DNA from: Lytechinus pictus
Taxonomy: Eukaryota
Assembly (NCBI RefSeq): GCF_037042905.1
Contig: NC_087251.1
Location: forward strand, 26,290,001-26,354,000
Direction of reading: 5' to 3'
Length of the DNA stretch: 64,000 nucleotides
Shown: piece after piece, positions 1-13,600 of the stretch
How the letters are laid out: each line of letters starts with the position of its first letter
Numbering within the stretch: position 1 is the first letter of the stretch
Notes under the pieces: generated by a model
Seen by the model: only the letters and a program-made list of their open reading frames with translations
Told to the model about the DNA's origin: nothing
Databases searched by the model: none
Translations under genes and position numbers: made by a program

Positions 1-24
1 GAAAGTATGGAAAAAAATATAGGG

Positions 25-435
25 CCTTTATCTCATAAAGTTTAAATTAATAATGCGAGCGCGAAGCGCGAGCCGAATCTGTAAACAGAATATTTAAATA
101 ACTCTTTGTATGAATTCATCAACAAGATATATCACTATTCGAATAAATAGAGCGCCAGCTGATTTTTTTTATATTCTTACTTGAAAACACTTTAGAATCA
201 CCTTCCAAAATAAAAAAAGAGGATATATTCATCTCACTAAACAATTACTGCAAGCGCAAAGTGCAAGCTGATATACTGTTAAGAAAATAGCGAAAAGGGA
301 AGCGCGAGCTAATTTTACTTTTATCAATATCATACTGACCTGAAAAAGGGACATTTTGAGTATTTTATGAAGGAATGCATGAAGAGGATGTGTATCTCAC
401 TTATCAAAAATTGCAAGCGCGAAGTGTGAGCTATT
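25..435 (+). repeat. Degenerate tandem repeat with GCGAGCGCGAAGCGCGAGC core
   Basis: Core variants at ~56, ~150, ~250, ~300 and ~413, most preceded by an ATCTCACT-like motif. Related cores at ~1294 and ~2193. Confidence 0.75.
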
Positions 436-2366
436 GACACGCACGTCTCCCATGACGTAATCTCCAAACTTTGGTAGTTAACTGTAGTCTGTACCCAAAT
501 TATTCAAATTTATTTTTTAATTGATTAATTATGCTCATTAATGCACAAAATCATAATTCGGCGGTACATCTTTAAATATAGCTCAAAAACTGCTAAAGTT
601 TGGTCTGGGCACTCTTTTGAGGATTCTTACCAAATGTATATTAAAAATGACGATATCAATTTAAAAAAAAAATCTTCTGTATTTTATTTGAATTTCGTAT
701 CTTTTTCTTTGATAGTGTCATGAAATATCGCCCCGCAATCTTTTCACATTACAGACTTACCCCTCGCCCCCCCCTCCCAACAACATAATTGGACTGCAAA
801 AACTTTAAACAATTTATCTATAGCATTTTTATTTGTTATTCAATGCAACATCTTATCGTTCATAACTTACAATCTTAAGAATTGAAGTTTACACTTGGAA
901 TTTTTATTTAATTTACTTTAACTTATATTGTGGCGAAGTCGGGTAAGGGGTGGATCTTGCATAGACGCGATGCTTTGGATGCGCCCACCATAGTGCACAA
1001 AGTTTCAGTCAAATGGTATTTTCTCTTATCCGACTGGATCCGCCACTGCATGGTTCGGATGAAGGGATACATGGGCAACCGCGTAGCCAGGATTTCATTT
1101 TGGAGGGGGCGGTAAAAAGACGCGAAGCTTTTGGTGTTTCATAAATTAAAATGAAAAGGAGCCGTCTCCCTTGTCTCTAGTACCTATATCAGCTCCAATT
1201 CAGTTGACTATATTGTGATTTTGAACCTTGTTTTCAAAAGTGATTGTGAACGCACAAAAAGGAATACAATGGAGGAAATTAAAATCATAACCCCGCGCGA
1301 AGCGCGGAAGCTAAAGCGTTTTATCATTTTTTTGCCATGAAAAGGGTCCCGAGAAAAGGGTATTCTCAAAGATATATTGAATACTTGCCTTGGAAAGATC
1401 AGATTTGATTACAAACAATTTAGCAACAGTGCATATCTTTAACTCGCAAAACAGAGGAGAAGAAGTGTATATGCCGGGAGGAAGATATCTCCCCGCGCAG
1501 AGCAATAAAACTCTGAAATTTCAAAGGGCGGACGTTTCATCAAATGCAGATATCTCTAATACCCCATCGGCTCGAATTCAATTGATTTCCTAAGATTATT
1601 GAACTTCATTACATGGAAAATAGTGCGCAAAAAGTTGAAACTTCTGTGATTTATTGAAATTATATAAAAAAGGATGTCTAATTTCTTTGACTTATCCTGA
1701 AGCTCTTCATTTTGAATTATAAAGAAAGTGTCATTCAAAATTTCAAACTGAGGGCGTAAAACAGGACAGGAGATGAATGTGCAGGGAAATGACATGAAGA
1801 TTAATAGAATTTGATAAAAAGATATTGTACTTTTTTATTTAATACGACACGAATTTTATACATTCCTCTTTTAAAATTAGGAACCTGTTTGCCCCAAAAT
1901 TATGGTTGTTTAGTAATGAGCTGAAAAGCGGGAGAAGTTGACTTTATGGAGGTGACGGCAGAAATTGATATAAAGATTTTACCCGCCCGGAGCCGACCCG
2001 ACCAGAAGTTGCGCGATCAATTAAAAAAAAGATAACTTCATATACTTGACTTCAGCCTAACCTTATTCTAATTCCATGCCGTAATGTATACATTTGAACT
2101 TTAACTGGCAAGAAACACATATAGCTGAGGTGGAAAAACAGGGTTAGAGAAAGGATGGGGGAAACAATGGAGAACTTCAATATTGTCATTAACCGCGCGC
2201 AGCGCGGGAGCAAAATTCATATATAAATTTAGAGCAAGAGTGAAGGAGTTTCTCTTTTGAGAAAAAAAATAAAGAATGAAAAGAAAAAAAAACCCGACAA
2301 AGCTACCTTTCTTCCCTTTTCCTTTTCTCCTCTCTTTTTTCCCTTCTTTTTTTTCTTTTTGGGGAC

Positions 2367-2400
<34 letters not shown>

Positions 2401-2464
2401 GGGGGGGGGGGCGCCTGTACATGGGTAGGGGGCGAGGGTTGTCCTTTTACCCTCCTCACCCGGA

Positions 2465-2925
2465 AACGAGACAAGAGAAAGAAAGTAAGGGAAGGTAGAT
2501 GGGGGTAGATGAAGAATAAAACGAAATGAGGATAAAGACAAGAAAAGACGGAAAGGGAGATGGAAGAAAAAAGGACGGCGAAAAAGTGAAAGAAGCAAAA
2601 GTATTTCAAGAGAAAGAGAAGGGGAGAGAGAAGCAACATTTGAGAAACGGAGAGGGGGAGAAAGGAATGAAAGCGAGAAAAGGAAAAAAGGAAGGGAAAA
2701 GAGAAGCAAATGAATGGAAATGGAGAAAGGAAAGAAAAGCCAGGAAGAGGAAAGAGAAATGGAGGAAGGGAGAGAAAGGAAAGAGAGGGAGACAAAAGTA
2801 AGGAAATTAATAAAAAGTGAAAGGAAAAGAGAAAGAAAATCAAAAGAACGTAAGGAAGGGTGGAAAGAAAAGTCAGGGGAAAAGAGAGCAAGAGGGGAAA
2901 AGTAAGGGAGGAGGAAAAAAAAGCT
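2465..2925 (+). repeat. Polypurine (GA-rich) low-complexity tract; T-run/G-run at 2368-2411
   Basis: Almost only A and G on the plus strand; further purine-rich blocks at ~3050-3550. Confidence 0.85.
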
Positions 2926-3824
2926 GAATTTTTCTCTCATTTTATCTTATCATTTTTTTAATGAAAAGGAAACAGGAAGTCTGAGTGCCACTGGACCTTG
3001 CAATTGGTAGGCACGGATCGGGGGGGGGGGGGGTCCTTGCCCCTAGCAAAACAAAAAAGGGGGAAGGAAAGGGAAAAGAAATGAAGGAGTACGAGGTAGA
3101 AACGTATTAATCCAAACGTTGCTGGCTGACCACTCCCAGTAATTCAGATATACAGAGATCATGAAGGATATTATAATAAAACACAAAGGGGGAATGGAAA
3201 GACAATAAAGAAAGAAATAAATAAAGGAAGAGGAAAAAAATTACTAGCCGAAAAATATAGCGTGTAAGGGAAGAAAAATCAGTGGTTCATTTTCGTCACA
3301 AAATGACTTCAAACCTCAGACTGCCTCCACTTGTACCGAATACATACAGTACACAAAAATATGAAAGGGAAATTGAAAAATGGATGTGGATCTTATGGGC
3401 CTATTGGCGTTGCAGAAAAAAAGAGAAAAGGTGGGGGCGAAAAAAAAGTATGACAAAGAAAAAGATGAAAAGGAATGAGATAATAAAGAAAAGAAGAGAA
3501 AATATAATAGAAGGAAGAAAAAATAAGAGAATGAGATAAGGGGAAGAATTGGCAAATAACAAACCTTTCAGACTTTATAAATGTCTCATTTTTAGTCCTG
3601 TGTAGAACTAAAAGTTTGCTTGCGGCTCGCACTCACTCTTTTTTGTTTTACTGAGAGACTTATCCAGTTCATGAATTTGTAAAACTTGTCATTATCAATC
3701 CCCTCTTTCTTGCTCTCTATTGATCTTTCTCTATCTCTCTTTCTCCATGTCTCTCCACACCCTCACTCTCACATGTACACACCTACATTCACCTTTCAAA
3801 CAAATAAATAAGAAATCATTATTA

Positions 3825-4632
3825 GATGCCATATTAGTAAAATTGTTTTTTATTCACACTTTTTCTCACAATAATGCAAATATAGAATTTGCATAAATTT
3901 TATTAAAAATACATACAATGAATATTGCTGTTGGAATAATAAGAAAAAAAATGGACGGACAGTCTTGGCAGAAAATAGATAGTCGGAGAAATGACACTTT
4001 TAATATATTACTCTTTAGAAGAAACCATCTAGCACATCAATCAAATTAACAAAAATATATTTATTATTATTCATATCATCATCTTCTTCATCATCATCCT
4101 TAAAATGATGGGCCATCAAGGGCATTTTTGTAAGAATTACAAGCACAAGGTAGAATACCTTTTGAATAGGTATAAACATGTCTGAGGCATGGTTGAGGGC
4201 ATTTTGACCTTTTCAAATCGTGAAATTATTCTAAAACCCGAGCCTATTATGTCTATCATATTGTGTTTTAAAAGATGGAGATGTATATCATTATTTGACA
4301 AACCAGTCCAAACACCAAAGGCATAGTGTAAGAACTGTTCTAAATGTGATCGTGCAATTAATTCTTACTAATGCCTTTGAAGATGTGTATAACTAATCCT
4401 ACACACCCCTTTGTAGGGGCAATAGTATACTTATACACACTCTGTACCTTTGAAACAGTCAAAACACTGTGATATTTGATTAGCTTAAGCAAATTTGTCA
4501 TAGATAAAAAAATACACTTGTTACTGTTTAATGAAAGTGAGGCCTTTTTATCTCTAATTAATTATATCTCCCTCTTTCACTATCCCCCTTTCAATCTCTG
4601 CCCCTCGACACCCTTTTGAGTCTTGTTCATTG
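3825..4632 (-). other. WDR27: WDR27 3' UTR with polyadenylation signals
   Basis: Follows the TGA at 4635-4633. Minus-strand AATAAA at about 3899-3904 and 3849-3854. The 3' end is approximate. Confidence 0.6.
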
Positions 4633-7600
4633 TCATCTGTCACTGTACAGCCGGAGTTTGCCATCTAACGTTGCTGTGACAATCTGCATAGAAAGATTTG
4701 AAATACGAAACACCAGATGTTTTTTAATCTAAAGCCCCAGTCACATATAGACACGGATCCTCACGGATCAACACGGCAACGCCGGCATGATCCGGGGAGG
4801 TCCGGGATAGCTTTGCCCCGGATGACTGTAAACACGGCATCAACACGGCAGCTTCACACGGATCTACACGGACCATGCCGGCAGAGCACGTCGTCAACAC
4901 GGACCGACACGTCAGCAACACGGACCTACACGTCAGCTACACGGACCAACACGTCAGCAACACGGACAACACGTCAGCAACACGGACCATCACGTCAGCT
5001 ACACGGACCAACACGTCAGCAACACGGACCAACACGTCAGCTACAAGGACCAACACGGACCAACGCGTCAGCAACACGGACCATCACGTCAGCTACACGG
5101 ACCAACACGTCAGCTACACGGATCAACACGTCAGCTCAAGGACCAACACGGCAGCTATATTGACCAGCACGGCAAATGAAAATCTGTTCATAATAATGAG
5201 CTGATATTTATTTATTTGATTTTTTATTTATTTATCTATTTATTTATTTTTTCTCATCCTTGTCGCAACATTATATTATGTTGTTTTTAAAAAATATATC
5301 AAAACTCAAAACTTCCTTAACCAGTAAAAACACAGTTTACTGTTTTAAAAGTAGTTGTTAAGTACTTTAAATCTTGAACGATAAATTTAATATCGATTTG
5401 ATTTGATATCACTTTATTGAAATCACAATAAAGGAAAGAAATTTACAAAGTCAATAGAAAACATAATAAAGATTAAGATAGGCCCAGGTCATGACGCATA
5501 ACTGTCGATGCAGGGCAGTAGTATAACACTTAATGTACAATTTCGATGTAACAGGTACATTACATAAATTATATACATATAACATATTTAAAAAAAAATG
5601 AAATGTGAAATAATAATAACAGACAAAGTTGGGGTAAATATTAGAAAAAAAAGAGAAAAAAAAAATATTCATACATGCACTAAGTTTACAAATATTAGGT
5701 TGGGGCCAATATCCAAAGCGTAAGAAAATATCCTGAATCATTTAATCATCCATTTAATCATAAATAAATTGAGCATGTTTGTGTCAACTGTTTAACAACT
5801 ACTGAAAAGTTCATAAAGTAAATAGCGTTGTAAATATTTGATGGGAAAAAAGAACACGGACTGCCAAGGATACTCCAGGCAGCCACACGGACTTACACGG
5901 CAGCTACACGGACCTACACGGCAGCCACACGGACCTACACGGCAGCTACACGGACCATCCCGGATGGCTTTGCCAACCCGGCAGTCCACGGATGACGCCG
6001 GATGTTTTTGACAGTCAAAAACTGCCGTGTTGGCCTCCCGGACGTTCAAGGACCAACACGGACCACCCCGGACCTCCAAGGATGCCCAAGGCGCCAACAC
6101 GGATCTCTCCCCGGACCACCCCGGATCAGATCCGGGATGGTCCGGGGTGGTCCGGGGTCTATATGTGACTGGGGCTTAAAAATACAATTGAAAAAATAAA
6201 TTCACTGCGTTTACTATCTTTATATGAATATGCTACATCTAAAAGTAAAAAATATTGTATGATTAACTATTTAATTTTTTTCATGATTTCTATTCTTAAT
6301 GCAGCATATTAATGAAGGGGTCAAAAGTGCTTTCCTGAATATGAAGCCTAGCTTCACTGAGTATAATGTCTTGTTTCTTATCTGAATTCTTATCAGAAAT
6401 GACAAACTTTTCTACAAATCTTACTAACTCTTACACAAGTTTAAGCTCATTGATTCAGGGGTGTGAGTGGTCACAAATAAAAAGATCTGAAAAAAGCTGA
6501 AGAGTGTTGAAAAAGTCTGAAATAGAAAGAGCTCCCATACTTTTTGTACAGAGGAAGGCCAAAAATAAGCTGGAAAAAAAAATCTGAAATCAGATAAAAA
6601 TCTGAACTCTCACACCCCTTTTGATTATAAACTGTAATTTATATTAGATATTAAAATAATTACTTCTATCCCAATTATCACAAAATCAGATTAACACATT
6701 ACCTCATATAAACAAGTACTTAAAATCATACCTCAAGCCAGAAAATATCTATTTTGAATGATTTATCAAATACTAAAGCAGATTAAATCCAAGAAAACGA
6801 CTTCCTAAAATCTTATATATTCAGAAATCAAAATAAATCAAAACTTATCCTCAACATTTTTAGAAGAATCCATTTTCAGTGGTATAATAGAAACCCTTTT
6901 TTTAACTTCAATATGGCATGATGATAGAGAATGAGAGGGAGAAACAGAGACAGAAAGAAAAGAGCAATGGCGCTGACTGCACACTCTCATTTACCTCAGG
7001 GTAGAGGGGGTGAAAGGTCACATCTGATACGACCTCCGTGTGACCCGACAGCTTCCTCAAGTACGTCCCACCTCTCAAGTCATATACATAAGCCTATAAA
7101 TACAAGAAACAAATAAAGGAGGGTAGTAAGATACTTGATGGTTCCTGTCCAATCAACTATTTTATCATCAAAACATCATGGTCTAGTGGTTCAGCCTTTT
7201 GTCTTTGACTCAGAGCATCATGTGTTCAAATCCTATCATAGCCTTTTATCTAGGTGGAGACTGTAGCTATATCATGCCTCTCTCATGCTAAATGTAAGTG
7301 ATCACCTGATGCAGCGAGACAACAGTAGGTGCAAAGCAACCACCGCCTATTCCCTCTCGTCTTACTTTAGTGGCTGTTTTGTTTTTATCAAGTACAATTC
7401 AGTGCATGTCTTTCATATAAAAAACTACGATCGGTCATTCGTTGATAAAAAGAGAACATCGACTAAAGCAATATGGAGTTAGCTGAATAAGAAACTGATT
7501 CAGAACTAAAAGATATTCCATTTATTTGATGCATAACTTTAAATACAGCATAATAAAATAGCACCCAACTGAGTCACATCATTGTTTGATAATATTAAAT

Positions 7601-10600
7601 GTTGATCCCAGGCATAAATAGTCATATCTGATTAATGGCGTCAAAAACAGAATTGTATACACTTATTGGCCTGTTTTCCTAAGTTTGGTTTAAAGTAGGT
7701 CCTTGTCAAACTCTACTAAAATTATGGGAAGCAAAAAATGTTAAAACATTTAGTACACTGTATGTTTACTGTGTAAACTGTTCTCCCCATGCTGCTATGA
7801 TGGAGAAAACTATTACTCTCTCAGACAGCTATAAATGATTTGAGCGTCAAATGTTCTGATACATTATTCAAGTACTGTTAAGAGATTTTTTGTCACAGTT
7901 GGCAATAAAATAGTTGAACCACAAATTTAGACCTTATTTTAAATTAAAACCGAGTTCAGAATACAGGCGAACAAGTCCAAAACAGAAGACATTTTGAAAT
8001 ATTGAATTAAAGATATTTTGATATTGACCTTTGGAATGACACATAATTAAAAGTAATTAACAGTAATAACGTGAATGCTATTGCTAACTCACGGATCTAT
8101 CTTCAGCTCCTGTAGCGATGTACTTTCCACATGGACTAAAGCATAATCCACAATGATGGGCTCTGTTAAGATGACCCTCTAAGTGCTTCACACATCTACG
8201 TAATGTAAAAAAAAGAATATTTCATGTTTAATTATTGAAAAGAGATTAACGGAAAGATTGTAAAGAAGAGACAATAAAAACAGAAGATTTAGAGTTAAGA
8301 AAGAAGAAATATTGCAGTGATACTCTCCACTGTTTTTCTCTCCAATTATAAATTTGAACGGAGGGGGGCAAATATTGGTTGATTAACTTATTTATTAGCC
8401 CATTACTTATTAATGTATTCATTAATCAACCTATTTTTTTAGCAATTACATTTTTCAACCAATATATTATTTCACTAATTTGTTTGTTTATTAAACTTTA
8501 TAATCCACCAATTCATTTTTGGTATCTTACTTTGCAAAACACTTTCAAAGACATACCGTAAGGGCACTAGTATTCAACCCGTTTGGAGAGTTTCCTCAAA
8601 TATATAGAAATATAGAATACCATTCAGTGCAAAAGGCCATCGCCGCATAATTCGATCCTCCGCGCATACAGTCGACAGATTGACAAAGAAAATATTGACA
8701 ACAGATTACCCTGGAAATAAAAAAGGTGTGAAATTAAGATAAATTCCCCATTTCTAAATATTTTGGGGAATATGTCAAAATCTTTGAATTATGCCGGGTT
8801 GAATACTAGTACCCATACGGTATATTTATTAAACAAGTTTTGCAAGATTATCAACTTCTTGAACATTTTTGTTTTTGTCATAACATTTTCATAAATGAAG
8901 AACTTCATTATAAAAAGAATAATTTCCACGACAGCCTTGCTCCCATATTTATATGTTCACAGTTGTACATTCAAATGAAATGAAATAATGACAGAATCAT
9001 TCTTTCTCTTTGTAATATTGTTTGGAAAATCAGAAAAGCAAATTAATATCTTACTTATTTGACCTTAGATCCCATACTTTAATTCCATCTGTGACTGCGG
9101 ATGTTGCAAAGAGATCATAGCTACTGGATTGATGACTGGCATATATTGACCCCTAGAGGGAGACAAATATAAAGGGACATCCCGTAAATGTAAGTATCAT
9201 AGCTGACAGGGGTGCCATACCTGAGTGGTCTAAGACACCTGACCAAACCAGCGTGTGCATGCTAATTTTATTTTTTCTTAACTTCTTCATTAAAACCATC
9301 CACTTATTATGTATTTTATATTCAATATCTTCACTTTTTCTTAACAGAAGCAAACGAATAGATAACCTTTATTTGGATCTATTTTTGGCAGGGAGAGCTA
9401 GACTAGCTAAATGTTGCTGACTGGTAATTGCATAATATAATCAACCTTTTTAAATGTTCGACCCTCATTTATCTCCATTCTTATTTCAATTTAAGAACTG
9501 CTCAAGCCATGATAAATTAACAATTGATAATTTGATAATAGCTCAAAGAACCCTTTTTTAAAGAAAAATAAAAAAGCATCACTCAAATGCCAAATTTGAA
9601 TTCAAAGGCTTAAAAAAAGATTGAATGGCCACCTTACTTGTGTATGATTGGAATGTTAGATGACATGCTTTAGCCAGGCTTCAAGAAAATCTGAGGGTAT
9701 TTAGAAAAGTCAGATGAACATTCTATCGGCCTGATGTCCCACTAGACCAGGACAGATGTACATTACATGCTGTGGCAATGACACATAACAGGATGGAATT
9801 GAAAAGCACCCATTCTTAAAGTCTTAAATTGCATGTTACTACAAAGAATTGACACTCCTTCATTGGAGATTACTCATGCAATATACAACAGAAGATTAGC
9901 CCTGTACTAACTATACCAGTCCTCATACCTGATTCTGGGCTATCGCATGTACAGCTCTACTTTGAACATCAGGGATGCGTGTAGCAGTCTTTCCTACATT
10001 CATATCCAAGACTTCAATTGATTTATCAGAACCAGCACACAAAACAATGTCTGATTGTAAAGAATAAGGTTAAGGGATAGTATCACAGCAAAAAAATATG
10101 ATTAAGTGCTAATGCATACATGATATCTTATGCATAATCTTATTAATTATTACATGGTAGAGCACCACCTGTAAATATAATCTAACCAATCTTTTTAAAT
10201 ATTTTTTTATAATAAGTACATGGCGGCTGTATATACAATTGTATAATACCAGAATTTTAATTTGATGTAAAAAAAATTAACCTAATCTACAACACCAAAA
10301 CACTGTGTGGAAGCGTCATGGTTTAGCAGTTCGGACTCTTGTCTTTCAATCAGAGGGTAGTGTGTTCGAAGCCCATCGCGGCCTTGTGTCCTTTGGCAAG
10401 GCGTCAATCCACAGTTTGCCACTCTCCACCCAGGTGTTAAAAGGGTACCCGGTAAGATGCGAAAACCTATGTAGCATGCCTTGCAATTGAGTCTTGGAAC
10501 TCTTGTCGGAATACACCCCAGGGAGTGGATAATGTGCATACACTGTGTGCGGGCATACCAGGATCCGATGATCGGGTTAATAATAATTGCAATGTAAAGC

Positions 10601-13600
10601 ACTTAGAAACAAAGTGTAATAAGCGCTATATAAATGTAACTACTACTATTATTATTGGAGTATACTTATTCACACATCCTACTTTAGAGATGACTAAAAA
10701 TGTAGTACCGTTTTTCTGACAAAATAAGAAGGTTCATAATTGTTTATAATTATCACATTTTAATTATGGCAAATAAACTACTTAGAAATGAAAATGTGCT
10801 GATAGTACTAATGTTGAATTACATCTGCATAATTAAAATTTTGTTATTGTCAAAGTCATTTAATGATATAATTTAGTTAATTTTAGGTTCTATACATGTA
10901 TAATGTTTACAAAGGATACAAGAGTTGAAGGTATTTATAGCTGACATGGCAGTGATCTGCTGGGCTTTTTCCAGCTGAAACTGCTTCACAAGCTTGTAGC
11001 GGGAATTAGTTTGATACCTGATAGACAGAAATATGAATTAAAATAAACTTATGTTAAACATTTAATTTTGACAGTAATAAAAGAGAGTTTCATGATGATG
11101 TTGATTTTCTTGAAAAGAAAACAAGTAAAAAACAGGAGATTGGCAGTGAAATTTTGTTGGAAAAACAATGATTTAAATTATATAAAAAGACAATAAACGC
11201 CTATCTGACTCATCATGGCATTGTCACCCAAACTAATTTTAATTCCTTCAAAATTGATTGATTCATTTATTTCCACACTCCATAAAAGGAACAATACAAG
11301 CAGTGTAAAGAAGGTATTACAGAATACAGTACAATATATACATATGAATATTCCAATGCAAAAGGAAAATATACGCTACACGAAACAATAAACCAAAATC
11401 TGAACAATACTTATTTATAATCAGACAAAAAAGAGAAACAGTATACTGTATGCAAATGTGGGGATCATTTAAAAAGTTATAAAAAAAATATAATCCCGAT
11501 TTTGTCAATAAAAGTTTGAGTTTTCCAGAGAAAGGCTAGGGGAAAATAAAATGTGATTGAGGTAACTTAGTCTAGGGAATTAAAGTTTTTGTAGAAGAAA
11601 TGTTTTAAGTTTATATTTAAATATATAAAGGGATAGTGAACTTTTTACTTCTTCGAGAAGACTGGACCATTATAACCAAAATACTCTGCTGGTTTTGGTT
11701 TCAGGGCTTTAATTAAACCAAGGTCATCAAGAACCATGGCAGTGAATGCCCTTTTGACTGGCATCAATTAATGCCCATCTCATTGATATGGAGATTTTTG
11801 TGCACATTTTTCTTTTTCAAATTTATGCTTGTAGTACTGGCCTTGTCTTACAAAGAGTTACGATTGATCCGATCAATCACAACTATGAATGGCCAGCAAC
11901 GTCAACATGTATTATTCATGTTTGTTCAAAATATTTTCTAACTATGATGTATATTCATGCATTCGTTGTTTTCTTGAAAATTCACTGTGCTTCTCTTTGT
12001 TTACAAAGGACATTGTGCAAATTTCCTATAGAAAAAATTATGATACTGATGGATTTCCATAGAGTTATGATTGATTGGATCAATCGTAACTCTTTGTAAG
12101 ACAGGGCCCAGAAATGTGTCTTGAAGAAAAGTGGATTTGCCTTAAAAATGTCAAGAATTAAATCTAGTGGTTCAATATCCTTTACCTTTTAATGTCATCC
12201 ACCTTGGTATCCAGATGACATTTATACATGAAAAGCGAACTAGAAGACATCAACAATACAAAGCGATCCACATAATAGAACTGACCGAGCTTGATTTCTC
12301 TTTCAAATAGTGGATTACTCTGCATCACGAAATACAAAAATAAGAACAAGTAGATTAGTATATATCACTAAAATCATTTTGATGTAAGATACTGGGATGA
12401 AAATAAGAATTGATACAAAGGGAATGAAAATAACTAATAGCATGAAATGTTTTGTAAAAGAAAAAGGTGCATTAAAGTAAACAACTAGGGCCTTTTCTGA
12501 AAAATCCAGTTGTGATTAAACAACCAGTAGCATCATTCAATCATATAAATAACAAAAATAAAAATAAGATAAAATCCTTGTATCTTTTCATAGATGTAAA
12601 CAGCTTTCATAAGGTCAAGATTAATCTGCATTTGCTTCTCTAATTGACAACATTAAACAATTTTCTATTCATTTTCATAGATAAACTCTGAAAAAAAAAT
12701 CAAATGTGGTTGTAACATCATTCAAAATGTATGACAATAGCAAAATTCTAAAGAAAAGTTGCCAATTTGCATTAACAAAGTGATTTTAATGTATTTATTA
12801 CATTGCCAATTTTGAGTGTAATGATCAGATAGCTTAAGTGGGATGGTTTTTATTCAGGAACAGCAACACATATTGCACTGGAAATAGTATCTCTTTTTCA
12901 AGATACATTTTGCCTTTTCTTATCATATTCCATTTTCTGATTGCTAGCATTCAGGACAACGCAAACCCGTAACAATGTATCCTTAAAGAATACATTGTGA
13001 TGGTGTTGATATGGCGATATGAATCACATATGTCCAATGATCTTTCTTACTTTGTCACCCATGGTGGGTTTCTCTTTGTCTGAACCAAAGTTGTTATTGA
13101 CCCGGTCAAAGGTCATGACAGGATCCGCCAGCCCTCTGGTCCATACCCGAGCCGTCTTATCATCTGATGTAGTTAATAGCCATTGGTTATCATGACTCCA
13201 TCTTGCACTGTTTAATACACCGTTATGACCTGGAAGAGGAAGTGACGTTTAAACAAAGTTGCATTGAGTATTATCATATCATTTTAAAGAGTTTTAGTTA
13301 CAAATGACCATGTGACAACTATATTATGTATTATGACTATCCCATGTAATGTTTGAAAATGTATATTCCACTATTAAATAACAAATAAAACGTGATGTTT
13401 AATTACACAACAACTTTTTAAAACATAATTTATGAACAAGTAGTACACCCAAGTCTATCACCAACACCTAGACTTGCTGGACAAAGAAAAACAAGATACT
13501 TAAATCATAAAAAATGAACAAACATATGAAAATTAATAGGATACTTTTTATTTAACTATCAATAATGCAAACGCTGTGATTTTTTTTTTGGGGGGGATCT

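Noticed and set aside
2101..2940. 279-aa and 220-aa F/L/S-rich ORFs and the K/R/E-rich antisense ORFs
   Set aside because: Artefacts of the polypurine/polypyrimidine tract; no domain or splice structure.
4717..5204. Repetitive TSATRTN / HVSNTD ORFs, and a CRISPR-like look to the array
   Set aside because: They come from the 21-bp subterminal array of the Harbinger-like element; there are no unique spacers and no cas genes.
10309..10385. tRNA gene
   Set aside because: A and B boxes are present, but there is no proper cloverleaf and the sequence continues into a SINE body and tail.
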